Shown: one piece after another, positions 28,927 to 38,968 of the stretch
Layout of the letters: each line of letters starts with the position of its first letter
How positions within the stretch are numbered: the first letter of the stretch is position 1
Assembly (NCBI GenBank): GCA_050247975.1
Contig: JBFWTE010000021.1
Span: forward strand, 272 to 64,271
Direction of reading: 5' to 3'
DNA: 64,000 nucleotides
DNA from: Bacteriovoracaceae bacterium
Lineage (GTDB): Bacteria; Bdellovibrionota; Bacteriovoracia; Bacteriovoracales; Bacteriovoracaceae
Notes under the pieces: generated by a model
Databases searched by the model: none
What the model was told of the DNA's origin: nothing
Seen by the model: only the letters and a program-made list of their open reading frames with translations
Made by a program: the position numbers and the translations under genes

Positions 28927-30058
28927 GATGTTCGTACTCTTTTTTAAGGTGGCGAGCGATCACCACTCGTTGAATTTGGTTTGTTCCTTCTACAATCTGA
29001 AGTACCTTAGCGTCTCTCATGAAACGCTCTACCGGGTATTCCGAAGTATATCCTACTCCTCCAAGAACTTGCACAGCATCCGTTGTCACTTTCATGGCCG
29101 TGTCCGTAGCTTTGAGTTTTGCCATTGAGCAAAGTTTAGAATTAGGATTTTTCTCATCTAAAGACTTGGCCGCGGCATGCACTAAAAGTCTCGCTGCTTC
29201 AGTTTCTGTGGCCATATCGGAAAGCATAAATTGAAGGCCCTGAAAGTCAAAAATGGATTGCTTAAACTGTTGGCGAGTCAAAGAATATTTGACGGCTTCA
29301 TCAAGAGCACGGGCCGCACACCCAACACCAATGGATCCAATCGCCATTCGTCCACGATCAAGTCCACCCATGGCCACATTAAATCCTTTGCCTTCTTCTA
29401 GAAGTAAATTTTCAGCTGGTACAAAACAATTTTCAAAAATAAGTTCACGTGTAGGGGAAGTTTTCCAACCCATTTTCTTTTCAGCTTTTCCAAAAGAAAA
29501 ACCTTTCATGCCACTCGTAACAATAAAGGCCGAGACACCTTTTGCTCCTTCACCACCAGTTCTTGCCATCACAATATAAGTTTTGGCAATTCCACCAGAG
29601 GTAATCCACATTTTTGTTCCATTAAGGATGTAGCCACCTTCAACTTTTTTTGCAGTGGTTTTTAATGAAGCAGCATCTGATCCAGAGTGAGACTCAGAAA
29701 GAGCAAAGGCCCCAATTTCCTGTCCACTGGTTAATTCAGGCAAATACTTTTTCTTTTGCTCTTCATTGCCGTAATTAAGAAGAATGGATTGAACCATGCT
29801 TGATACTGAAACAGTGACGGCATAAGGAACAGAGCATTTTGCAATTTCCTCTAAAACATAACAGTAATCGAGGTAAGTTAAACCAGCTCCACCGTATTCT
29901 TCCGGTAGGGTCACTCCTGTAACTCCATACTCACCAAGGCCTCGGAAAATTTCCATGCGGAAAGTTCCTGCCTGATCATCATGCTCCATATGGGGCTCAA
30001 TAGAGTCTTTACAAAATTTTCTTAAACTATCGCAAAGATCTTTTTGAAACTCATTCAT
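28919..30058 (-). CDS. Acyl-CoA dehydrogenase
   Basis: ALSESHSGSDA, NGTKMWIT, EKKMG, LDRGR, IVEGTNQIQR. Confidence 0.92.
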   Translation of the reverse strand: MNEFQKDLCDSLRKFCKDSIEPHMEHDDQAGTFRMEIFRGLGEYGVTGVTLPEEYGGAGLTYLDYCYVLEEIAKCSVPYAVTVSVSSMVQSILLNYGNEEQKKKYLPELTSGQEIGAFALSESHSGSDAASLKTTAKKVEGGYILNGTKMWITSGGIAKTYIVMARTGGEGAKGVSAFIVTSGMKGFSFGKAEKKMGWKTSPTRELIFENCFVPAENLLLEEGKGFNVAMGGLDRGRMAIGSIGVGCAARALDEAVKYSLTRQQFKQSIFDFQGLQFMLSDMATETEAARLLVHAAAKSLDEKNPNSKLCSMAKLKATDTAMKVTTDAVQVLGGVGYTSEYPVERFMRDAKVLQIVEGTNQIQRVVIARHLKKEYEHHA

Positions 30059-30060
30059 GT

Positions 30061-31206
30061 TTAATTCCTGATGGCATCTTTTAATAAATTTTTAGCAATG
30101 ATCATAATCATCACTTCATTTGTTCCAGCGCCAATCTCATTGAGTTTGTTATCTCTCATCATGCGCTCAACTGGGAACTCACGAGAGTATCCATAACCAC
30201 CGTGAAGCTGAATCGCATCGAGAGCGATCTTGGTTGCCATCTTTGGTAGTTGTAGTTTTACTGCCGAAGCAAGGTTATTTGATTTATTGCCATGATCATA
30301 CTCGTAACAAACAGAGTAGAGCATTCTTCTCATCGCCTCTGTTTCAGCATACATTTCTGCAATCATTTTTTGGATCAGTTGATAGTTGGCCAGAGTCTTC
30401 CCGAATTGCTTTCTTTCTCCAGCATACTTAATACATTGATCAAGACAAGCTTGAGCGATACCCAAAGAAATTCCCGAAATAGTAATTCGCTCGATCTCAA
30501 GATTTTTCATCATATGAACAGTTGAGTCACCTTCTTGCCCCACACGATTAGTGGCAGGAACTCGACAGTTTTGAAATGAAAGTTCACCAGTAGGTGATGA
30601 GCGCATACCCATTTTGTGAATTTCTTTTGAAACAGAAAATCCTGGAGTGCCTTTTTCCACAATGAAAGTGGTAAGATCTTTTTTGCCAGGACCAGTTCTT
30701 GTATAGAGATAGACGATATCAGCGTATTGAGCATTGGTGATCCACATTTTATTTCCTGTTATCAGGTAATGATCACCATCCTTAACGGCCTTAGTTTGCA
30801 TTCCTACTGCATCAGAGCCAAATTCCGGCTCACTCATGCCCATGCAACCAATATGTTCACCAGAAATAAGCTTCGGGAGATATTTTGCTTTTTGCTCTGT
30901 TGAGCCATTGTTGTTTAAATTGTTCACACAAAGAATGGTATGGGCAAGGTAGGAAAGAGTAGAGCCCGCACAGGCCTTACCAAATTCTTCCATCACGATG
31001 GTTGCAGCTGTGGCACCCATGCCTGAACCACCATACTCAGGATCGGCAGTAATTCCCAGAAGCCCCAAATCTCCCATGTGCTTGAAGGCCTTGAGGTTAA
31101 AAGTTTCGTCGTGATCATGTTTCTCTGCCAATGGGGCCAATTCATTCTGAGCGAAATCGCGGCAAACTTTCTGTATTTCTTTTTCTTCTGGTGTAAAAAA
31201 CCACAT
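30061..31206 (-). CDS. Isovaleryl-CoA dehydrogenase-like acyl-CoA dehydrogenase
   Basis: MSEPEFGSDAVGM, GNKMWITN, KMGMRSSPTGEL, EIGAGTNEV (IVD-type C-terminal motif). Confidence 0.8.
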   Translation of the reverse strand: MWFFTPEEKEIQKVCRDFAQNELAPLAEKHDHDETFNLKAFKHMGDLGLLGITADPEYGGSGMGATAATIVMEEFGKACAGSTLSYLAHTILCVNNLNNNGSTEQKAKYLPKLISGEHIGCMGMSEPEFGSDAVGMQTKAVKDGDHYLITGNKMWITNAQYADIVYLYTRTGPGKKDLTTFIVEKGTPGFSVSKEIHKMGMRSSPTGELSFQNCRVPATNRVGQEGDSTVHMMKNLEIERITISGISLGIAQACLDQCIKYAGERKQFGKTLANYQLIQKMIAEMYAETEAMRRMLYSVCYEYDHGNKSNNLASAVKLQLPKMATKIALDAIQLHGGYGYSREFPVERMMRDNKLNEIGAGTNEVMIMIIAKNLLKDAIRN

Positions 31207-31350
31207 ATACCATCCATCCTTTTAATAGAAGCCAAAGTGTAGCGGAAAAATCAGTTTTTGGGAAATGTGAAGCATTCAATTATTTTGATACACTTCCTAT
31301 CATCTCTTACGTTAAAATGGCATAACGCTTTTAAATTTCTCGGAGTCATT

Positions 31351-33048
31351 TTGAATTATCTGGAAACTTCTAAAGATCAAGAAGATCTAGTTCATCCTGG
31401 TGAGCAGTGGTTTTTCTATTGGAAAACTTCCGCGGCCCTATGGGAAGGAAAAATTCTTGAACGCCCTCTTGAAGAAGTTATTTTTATTCCCATTTATTGG
31501 GGATTTCATGCAGAGTCTCCTGGCAAATGGGATTTTGGTCAGATTCATCCTGAGCGAGATCTTTTGAGGTTAACGAATTTAATGACGCAGCACAAGCGAA
31601 AGTTTTGTTGGTTGCTTCCTCTTACGCCGGCCCCTTTCTTACCCAATGGAGGAGTGCCTGCTCATACGGCCCGTACGCTGAGTATTTCGATTGATGGTGT
31701 GCATCTTGCTGCAATCGATCAGGAGCAAAAGCTTAATAAAATGTTTTCATTTTTTGAGCCCAAAGTTTGGGAAGCTTTCGGACAATTTCTTAATAGTTTT
31801 GCTCAGTTTTTAACTATCAATAAAATTAAATCTCCTGTTTGGGGAGCAGAATTTAGCTATGTGGAAGGCAGTAAAATAATAAGTTATTTGACTGATAGGT
31901 CACTGGCCTTCGAACAAGGATTTTCACGCTACTTAAAACAAAATTTTCCTCAGGGAACAGATCTATCCGAAATTCATCAAGAAGAGCAATTAAAGTCGAA
32001 TTTTTTAGATGATGTGTTTAAGTTATTTAAAACAACTGCTGAATCATCTCTTGCTCCATTTTGGATGGGGATGCAATCAATTTGTCTACTAGGTGGGGGG
32101 CCAAAAGATACGATTCAGCGCTCATTAAAAGAAAATAAGACTCAGCTGGATTTTTTTAGAGATCTTTTTTTTGTTAACTCGGAAAGCTTATGGCCTAGCT
32201 CTGCGCTGATGATGAAAGAAGAGAAGAAAAACCTCTTTGTTGAGTTTTTAAGAGAGCATTTTTCTTCACGTGCCATTGATGAAAGATATAACTATTCTAT
32301 TCATTCTAAATTTCTAGGTGAAGAATTTCGTCCATTTTCTTTAATTGATATTTTTGGTTCAAATCATTGTGGACTGATTAATTATTTGGATACCTACTTC
32401 AGATGGCTTTATCAAGTTCACGGAGAATTAAACTTTACAACTGAATGGATAGAAAATAACCAATACAAAATTAAATTTTTTCACTCTCGTTCACTGAATC
32501 GAACGAGTTTTAGTCAGATGCTTAAACTTTTTCTTATGGGAGAAAAAGTTATTCTGGATAAAACCCAACTTCATCCAGAACTAGAAAAGCGTTTACAAAT
32601 ATTTATTTTGGAAAATAATCTAAAAATTCAGTCCATTAATTTTCTTACTCCCGTTTCAATTGTTGAATTAGGGGAAGGAAGATTGATAACTTATGAAGGT
32701 GATAAGTTTAAAAATAAAGAAGAACAAAATAAATTTTGGGAACATCTCTTTAGATATTTGAATCTCGCTCATCCATTGATCAAATTAGATCAGGATGTTT
32801 TTTCATTATGGAGAATAAGAGCAACCTCTCCATTTGAGTTAAATTATCTCGATGTCAGAAGAGTGAATCTTTATAATCCTACCAGCTATAAGAAGAATGT
32901 TTATATTCAGACTCAAAAACATTTTGCCTTTATGAAAATGATAGATCCCTTGAAGGCCCAAGCAAAATCAACTCCTCACGGGGTCGAAGTGGAGCTTCTT
33001 CCTCAAGGCAGAATAGCATTGGATTTTGGTCACTATGAGGAGAGTTAA
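31351..33048 (+). CDS. Hypothetical protein with GH35/GH42 beta-galactosidase-like N-terminus
   Basis: IPIYWGFHAESPGKWDFG...RDLLRL...NGGVP. TTG start at 31351 with GGAG RBS. Confidence 0.55.
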   Translation: MNYLETSKDQEDLVHPGEQWFFYWKTSAALWEGKILERPLEEVIFIPIYWGFHAESPGKWDFGQIHPERDLLRLTNLMTQHKRKFCWLLPLTPAPFLPNGGVPAHTARTLSISIDGVHLAAIDQEQKLNKMFSFFEPKVWEAFGQFLNSFAQFLTINKIKSPVWGAEFSYVEGSKIISYLTDRSLAFEQGFSRYLKQNFPQGTDLSEIHQEEQLKSNFLDDVFKLFKTTAESSLAPFWMGMQSICLLGGGPKDTIQRSLKENKTQLDFFRDLFFVNSESLWPSSALMMKEEKKNLFVEFLREHFSSRAIDERYNYSIHSKFLGEEFRPFSLIDIFGSNHCGLINYLDTYFRWLYQVHGELNFTTEWIENNQYKIKFFHSRSLNRTSFSQMLKLFLMGEKVILDKTQLHPELEKRLQIFILENNLKIQSINFLTPVSIVELGEGRLITYEGDKFKNKEEQNKFWEHLFRYLNLAHPLIKLDQDVFSLWRIRATSPFELNYLDVRRVNLYNPTSYKKNVYIQTQKHFAFMKMIDPLKAQAKSTPHGVEVELLPQGRIALDFGHYEES

Positions 33049-33438
33049 ATGGGTCTAAATTTAATATATCATTTTCAATCTTCTCAAAATCAAGACGAAG
33101 ATTTTAAACCAGCCCGGTACCGTGTAATTTATTTTTTTTCAGAACAAGGATTTCTAGAAAAAGAATTTATGCGGGAGATGTCTAAGTCTGTCCCCGAGGC
33201 TGACCATGAGCAGATCACTTTTCTTAATCTAGATGATCTAAAAGCCTTTGCTCTTAGGGTGTGCCAGGAAATGGATTTGTCTGAAATACGGCTCATCTCT
33301 GTTCAGGATTACAATATTGGCTTAGATGGGGCGAAGGATCTTAAAAGCTTTCAGTCGATCTTTGATAACTATGGGGAATTAGTTGTAAATGAAGCGGCTC
33401 CGAGGAAAAAAGGCTTACTAGGTAAGTTATTTAGTTGA
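33049..33438 (+). CDS. Hypothetical protein
   Basis: 129 aa; ATG directly follows the upstream TAA; GAGGAG RBS. Confidence 0.7.
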   Translation: MGLNLIYHFQSSQNQDEDFKPARYRVIYFFSEQGFLEKEFMREMSKSVPEADHEQITFLNLDDLKAFALRVCQEMDLSEIRLISVQDYNIGLDGAKDLKSFQSIFDNYGELVVNEAAPRKKGLLGKLFS

Positions 33439-33494
33439 TGTAATATTCACCTCCTGGCTTGCAAAAATACCAATCTTCCACTACTTATACTCTC

Positions 33495-34616
33495 ATGAAA
33501 CCATCTTTTTTTGATCTTACTTATGAAGAGTTAAAGGCCCTTTTGACTGAGAAAGGTTTATCTCCATTTGGGGCAACTCAAATGTTTGACTGGGTTTATA
33601 AAAAAGAAATTCATGATCCTACACTTTGGAGTAATGTTTCAAAAGCTGCTAGAGAATATTTTTTAGAAAATTATCAATTTAATTTGCCTAAAGTTGTGTG
33701 GAACGGGCTCTCAAAAGATGGGACTCGAAAATTTTTAGTAAAAATGGAAGATGGTCAAACTGTTGAGACAGTGGCAATACCTGCTCGAGACAGACTCACT
33801 CTATGTGTGTCTTCACAAATTGGTTGCGCTGTTGGATGTACATTTTGTCATACGGCCACCCAAGGTCTTAAGAGACATTTAAAGGCCTCTGAAGTTGTTG
33901 GCCAATATTTGACTGTTCAAAAATGGTTAAATGAGAATGTTTCAAAAGAAGAAAAGCTCACCAATATCGTCTATATGGGTCAAGGGGAGCCACTTCATAA
34001 TTATGAGAATATGAAGAAGGCCACATTGATATTTATGAGTGAAAAGGGACTGGGTCTAGGTCAGCGTAGAATTACTCTTTCTACCTCAGGTTTAGTGCCA
34101 GCGATTGAAAAACTCGCGCTTGATTTTCCTCCTGTGAATATTGCCATTTCTCTCCACTCTGCGCGAAATGATGTTCGAACGGAGATGATGCCAATTAATA
34201 AAGTCTATGATCTTGAAAGACTCTTTACTGCGATTAAAAAAATACCTCTCAAGGCCCATCGTCGTATTACCTATGAATATCTACTTGCGGATGGTGTGAA
34301 TGATACAATGGAAGATGTTATCGCATTGTCCGAATTATTAAATTCGAAAGAGTCTAAGATTAATCTCATTCCCTTTAATGAATACCCAGGTTCAAAATAC
34401 AAGCGTCCTTCTGAAACTAAAATTATGTGGTTCCTAGATCAGATGATTAAGAGGGGATTCACTTGCACCATTCGAACAACCAAAGGAAGTGACATTCTTG
34501 CGGCCTGTGGCCAATTAAAGAGTGAATTTGAAAAGCTTAATCTTTGGGATGATAAAACACCAAAAATTATTCCGAGTATTGCCAGTAGCGTACTTCAGAA
34601 TCAGGGCCGCTCTTAG
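33495..34616 (+). CDS. rlmN: 23S rRNA m2A2503 / tRNA methyltransferase (radical SAM)
   Basis: CVSSQIGCAVGCTFC, MGQGEP, ITYEY, NLIPFN, AACGQL. Confidence 0.95.
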   Translation: MKPSFFDLTYEELKALLTEKGLSPFGATQMFDWVYKKEIHDPTLWSNVSKAAREYFLENYQFNLPKVVWNGLSKDGTRKFLVKMEDGQTVETVAIPARDRLTLCVSSQIGCAVGCTFCHTATQGLKRHLKASEVVGQYLTVQKWLNENVSKEEKLTNIVYMGQGEPLHNYENMKKATLIFMSEKGLGLGQRRITLSTSGLVPAIEKLALDFPPVNIAISLHSARNDVRTEMMPINKVYDLERLFTAIKKIPLKAHRRITYEYLLADGVNDTMEDVIALSELLNSKESKINLIPFNEYPGSKYKRPSETKIMWFLDQMIKRGFTCTIRTTKGSDILAACGQLKSEFEKLNLWDDKTPKIIPSIASSVLQNQGRS

Positions 34617-34815
34617 GTTCAGACCTTTCTTCCTGATGCCATTTTTTCTTTTTAATTTTTTCACCAGCAAGCGCTCGTTTGGCCTCTTGCTCATGCGAGG
34701 GATGACTCATCTTGTACCCTTGCGCATCATCAAGGTTCTCTTTCTCGACGCGTAGCTGCGCATAAACCAGACTCACCCAAGTTAAAGCAGCTAGTAAGAC
34801 AAGATTTTTTACCAT
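34567..34815 (-). CDS. Small secreted hypothetical protein
   Basis: MVKNLVLLAALTWVSLVYA signal peptide; GGAGAGG RBS; convergent 50-nt overlap with rlmN. Confidence 0.6.
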   Translation of the reverse strand: MVKNLVLLAALTWVSLVYAQLRVEKENLDDAQGYKMSHPSHEQEAKRALAGEKIKKKKWHQEERSEPKSGPDSEVRYWQYSE

Positions 34816-34999
34816 AAATACCTCTCCTGGATTTCTCTTCGGAGAATTTCTCTCACAACTAAAGTCCAAACGTAGTTTTAATGGCTTAGACTTAGATTAA
34901 AAGTTGATTTTACCTAAAGTAAGAAACTTTTTCGTGACAATCCTGACATATATTAGGAGATTTAATGCTTACTATTAGGCTCCTTTATATAAGGATATT

Positions 35000-36346
35000 A
35001 TGATCATCTGGAAGCCGCTCATTTTAACAATTGCTCTATGGACCTTACCTGCACTTGGTAGCATCAAGGCCTACTTCAATCAAAATCAATCCACTAGTTA
35101 TATAGATCCTTATCGAAATTTTACTCGAGCAGGTGATAACCTTGAGCAAGTCTTGATTGATCAAGTGGCCCAGGCCAAAAAAACCATCTATGTGGCAGTT
35201 CAAGAATTTCGTCTCCCGAATTTAGCTCGCGCTCTGATCATCAAAAAAAATGAGGGAGTTGATGTCAGAATTGTTATCGAGCATGACTATAATTTTTCTG
35301 TTCTTGGACAGAGAGATCCTGGTGATGATGAATATGAAACAACGAAGCTTAATGAACTTGTGGCCTTTGTTGATATAAATAAAAATGGCACTTTTGAGAA
35401 GCAAGAGCTTGAAACTCGTGATGCCATCTATATGTTGAGAATGGCGAAGATTCCTATTATGGATGATACCCAGGATGACTCTCAAGGTTCAGGTTTAATG
35501 CATCATAAATTTATGGTGATTGATGGTAAAAGCACGGTGATAAGCACTGCCAATTTTACCATGAGTTGTGTTCATGGAGATATGCTTGCTCCTGCCTCAA
35601 GAGGAAATGCGAACTCGATGGTGGTCGTTCAATCAACAGCTCTTGCCAATATTTTTGTGAATGAATTTTCACAATTATGGGGAAACGGAAAAAGAGGGAA
35701 TTTTGGCCATAACAAAACTTATCGAGGACCTCAGAAGGTAAGTGTTCGTGGGATTAGTATTACAGTTCAGTTTTCTCCCACTTCAGAAAAGTATAATTGG
35801 GAAGAGAGTGTTAATGGTTTAATAGGCGAGTTTGTAAAACGGGCAACGACTTCAGTTCATGCTGCTTTATTTGTTTTTAGTGATCAAAATATTGCTAATG
35901 AACTTGAAAAGAGAAGCGATGCTGGGGTGAGAATGGGATTTTTAGTTGAACCGAAATTTGCTTATAGAGACTATTCTGAACTTCTCGATATGATGGGACT
36001 TCAACTTTTAAATCCACGTTGCAATTACGAATTTGGCAATCATCCCTGGAAAAAGGCCGTCGCAGAAGTAGGGATGCCCTATATGCCTCGAGGGGATGTT
36101 CTTCATCATAAGTTTGGTGTGATCGATAGAAAAACGGTTCTTATGGGCTCTCAAAATTGGACAGAATCGGCCAATTATATCAATGATGAAACTTTAATTG
36201 CCATTGAAGACGAAAATATAGCTGATCTGTATACACGTGAATATCAAAGACTTAAAAAAAATAGCATGATGGGTGTAAACGAAAGGCTTAAATTTGAAAT
36301 AGATAACCAAGAAAAATCCTGTATGGGCCAGGGACGTTATTTTTAG
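35000..36346 (+). CDS. Secreted phospholipase D-superfamily protein (nuclease-like, two HKD motifs)
   Basis: Signal peptide; HHKFMVID and HHKFGVID; GSQNWT; VAVQEFRLP. Confidence 0.85.
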   Translation: MIIWKPLILTIALWTLPALGSIKAYFNQNQSTSYIDPYRNFTRAGDNLEQVLIDQVAQAKKTIYVAVQEFRLPNLARALIIKKNEGVDVRIVIEHDYNFSVLGQRDPGDDEYETTKLNELVAFVDINKNGTFEKQELETRDAIYMLRMAKIPIMDDTQDDSQGSGLMHHKFMVIDGKSTVISTANFTMSCVHGDMLAPASRGNANSMVVVQSTALANIFVNEFSQLWGNGKRGNFGHNKTYRGPQKVSVRGISITVQFSPTSEKYNWEESVNGLIGEFVKRATTSVHAALFVFSDQNIANELEKRSDAGVRMGFLVEPKFAYRDYSELLDMMGLQLLNPRCNYEFGNHPWKKAVAEVGMPYMPRGDVLHHKFGVIDRKTVLMGSQNWTESANYINDETLIAIEDENIADLYTREYQRLKKNSMMGVNERLKFEIDNQEKSCMGQGRYF

Positions 36347-36416
36347 CACAATCTTTTCTTTTTTACTCAAAACTAGTTATACTTAAAGCTCCGGAAACTT
36401 ATGGAAGGAGTTCCTC

Positions 36417-37340
36417 TTGAGCCGAGAACGATCTAAAGGAATAGTCGGAATTTTTATTCTGGTGACTGTCCTCTTTTTTATTTTTTTAATGTTTGCTTTT
36501 TTTACTGTTTCAAAATTAAAAGACACTAGCTCTTTAGGGGATAGTCTTTTAGACGCTTCGAAGCATTCGGAAATTGCTGTTATTCCTATTGAAGATGAAA
36601 TTAAAGAGTCAAAAAAAATCGTTGAGATGCTGCTTGCCGCTGAGGAAGATAAAACAGTTAAGGCGATTATTTTAAGAATTGATTCTCCAGGGGGAGCAGT
36701 TGCACCCACTCAAGAAATTTATGAAGAAGTTCGTCGGATAGATAAGATTAAACCTGTCTTTGCCAGCTTTGGTTCTGTGGCCGCTAGCGGTGGCTACTAT
36801 ATTGGAGCTGCGTGCAGAAAGATCTATGCCAATGCAGGAACACTAACAGGCTCTATCGGAGTCATTATGCAAATGGCGGATCTCTCTGAGCTTGCGAAGT
36901 TTGCTAAAATTAAACCTGAGACAATTAAGGCCGGACGCTATAAAGATATTGGAAATCCAGCGAGATCTTTAACTGAAGAAGAGCGTATGTTTTTAAATGA
37001 TCTTCTTGCTGGAACTCATACACAATTTAAAAATGACATCTTGGCGGTAAGAAAAAATCGTTTAAAGAAGGATATCTCTGAGCTTGCTCAAGGACAAATC
37101 TTCCATGGTTATGAGGCCAAGGAACTTGGTTTAGTCGACGAAGTCGCAAGCTTATGGCAAGCGGGACGAATGATTCATAAAGAAATGAAACTTAAGGGTA
37201 AATTTGCTCTTCGCTATATGAAGCCAGCAAAAAAGAAATTCAATTTGAGTGATTTCCTTCAAGAAACTGAGGACACTTTAAGTTCTGTAAAAGATATGGT
37301 GAAAGCAAAAAGCTCTCCGGCCTATCTTTTTCAATTATAG
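36417..37340 (+). CDS. sppA: Signal peptide peptidase SppA (36K type, S49)
   Basis: RIDSPGG, AASGGYYI, TGSIGV, AGRYKD; TTG start with AAGGAG RBS. Confidence 0.93.
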   Translation: MSRERSKGIVGIFILVTVLFFIFLMFAFFTVSKLKDTSSLGDSLLDASKHSEIAVIPIEDEIKESKKIVEMLLAAEEDKTVKAIILRIDSPGGAVAPTQEIYEEVRRIDKIKPVFASFGSVAASGGYYIGAACRKIYANAGTLTGSIGVIMQMADLSELAKFAKIKPETIKAGRYKDIGNPARSLTEEERMFLNDLLAGTHTQFKNDILAVRKNRLKKDISELAQGQIFHGYEAKELGLVDEVASLWQAGRMIHKEMKLKGKFALRYMKPAKKKFNLSDFLQETEDTLSSVKDMVKAKSSPAYLFQL

Positions 37341-37346
37341 GGGATT

Positions 37347-38576
37347 ATGGATTACAGTTTTCTCTTAGAGTGGGGAAAAAATCATACGCTGACGATAGTC
37401 GCAGTATCAATTACGCTTATTCTCATCTATCACTATGTGATCGAGAGGGATAAAGCTGTTAAGCTCTCTAAGAAATATAGAAACTCAATTTTTGAAGCGC
37501 AATCTAGAATCTTTTTAAATGCTACCCAGTACTTAATTGAAGGTAATAAAGACTTAGCAATTAAAGAGTTTTTAAATGCCGTCGATTTAAATAGAGAGAC
37601 CATTGAAACTTACTTTGCACTTGGTGGTTTATTTCGATCTAATGGTGAAATAGAGAAGGCCATTTCAATTCATCGGTCTTTGATCGCAAGAGAAAATATA
37701 TCTGAATCAACTCGTCTCCAGGCCCTGAAAGAATTGGCGATGGATTTTGATAAGGGTGGCTTCGTAGATAAGGCCGTTGAAACTTATAAAGATGTTTTAA
37801 AAATCAATCGTGATCAGCAAGATGTTATTCATGCCTTATGCAGGATTTATGAGGATATTGAAGACTGGGATCAGGCCTACAATTATCGCATTATGCTTTC
37901 AAAAGTTGGCCATGAGAATCAATCTGAAACCATATCACATATTTTAGTTCAAAAAGCGAAGGCCCTCTTTGAGAAGGGTCAATTCAAGGCATGCTTTGAA
38001 GAGCTTGAAGATGCTTTTCGATTCGCTCCATCTGTTTCGGCCAAAATACTTCGCTTAAGATTATTTTTAGTTCTAGGTAAAATGGAAGACGCTAATGGAT
38101 TACTTTTAGAGCTACTAAAAGAGCATCCGATGTATGCTACTTTTATTTTTGTTTCTCTGGAAGATTTCAATCCTAAATTGCCTCAGAAAGATGAATATAA
38201 AGAGCGACTCCAACAACTGAAGAGTTACTTTCTTGCTTTAAATGATCAAGATTTAATGACTTCTCCTTCTGTGATTTTATCAAAGATAAGACTTTTAAAA
38301 GATCAGCATAAAACAGGTGATGCTTTTGATCTTTTAGATAACTGGATGAAAAATCATGGGCATAGTGATGTTCTTAAAGTTGAGTATATAAAAATATTAA
38401 TTGAAGTTGGAAAAATTGAAGAGGCCCTTCATCACACTAAATCTCTACTTAATAATCTACATAGCTCTTTAACTAAACACTACTGCTCTCAATGTGGTTA
38501 TAATTCTGATGAATTATTTTGGCGTTGTCCTCAATGCCATAATTGGGAGACGATTCAATTTAGATGGAAGGTATAA
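37347..38576 (+). CDS. lapB: Lipopolysaccharide assembly protein B (TPR + rubredoxin-like)
   Basis: N-terminal TM; ETYFALGGLFRSNGEIEKAISIHRSL; C-terminal CSQCG...CPQCHNW. Confidence 0.88.
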   Translation: MDYSFLLEWGKNHTLTIVAVSITLILIYHYVIERDKAVKLSKKYRNSIFEAQSRIFLNATQYLIEGNKDLAIKEFLNAVDLNRETIETYFALGGLFRSNGEIEKAISIHRSLIARENISESTRLQALKELAMDFDKGGFVDKAVETYKDVLKINRDQQDVIHALCRIYEDIEDWDQAYNYRIMLSKVGHENQSETISHILVQKAKALFEKGQFKACFEELEDAFRFAPSVSAKILRLRLFLVLGKMEDANGLLLELLKEHPMYATFIFVSLEDFNPKLPQKDEYKERLQQLKSYFLALNDQDLMTSPSVILSKIRLLKDQHKTGDAFDLLDNWMKNHGHSDVLKVEYIKILIEVGKIEEALHHTKSLLNNLHSSLTKHYCSQCGYNSDELFWRCPQCHNWETIQFRWKV

Positions 38577-38578
38577 GA

Positions 38579-38968
38579 ATGTGGTGGATATTTCTTCTTC
38601 CGACACTACTTTTCGCTGCTGAATCTGCCGATGAGAAAGTTGTCGGTGTATTTTATTTCACACCTCTCTTTGGACATGTACATCAATCGCCAAGTAAAAT
38701 GTCGGCAAGTTTAACAACAATCCAATGCGCACATCCAGTTAAGGTGCTTCAATCATCTAAGGTATCAACATCTCAGGAATGGAGTTATGTTGAAGTTGCT
38801 GATTATCACGGCTTCATACAAAAAAGATTTTTAGAAAAAACTCGACCTGATTGTTTTCTGGCAGAGTATCCAAAATTTTTTGATGCTTTAAACTTGGATC
38901 TTTCGGAACTATATTATTGGGGACGTCTTTATGACCATTATATCCAAGGTGAATCTCGCGTTCATTAG
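38579..38968 (+). CDS. Secreted SH3b-like protein
   Basis: Signal peptide; VHQSPS...PVKVL...WSYVEV..YHGFI pattern. Confidence 0.55.
   Translation: MWWIFLLPTLLFAAESADEKVVGVFYFTPLFGHVHQSPSKMSASLTTIQCAHPVKVLQSSKVSTSQEWSYVEVADYHGFIQKRFLEKTRPDCFLAEYPKFFDALNLDLSELYYWGRLYDHYIQGESRVH

Noticed and set aside
31258-31350. Track start of the 596-aa ORF
   Set aside because: No RBS there; GGAG plus TTG at 31351 is more plausible.
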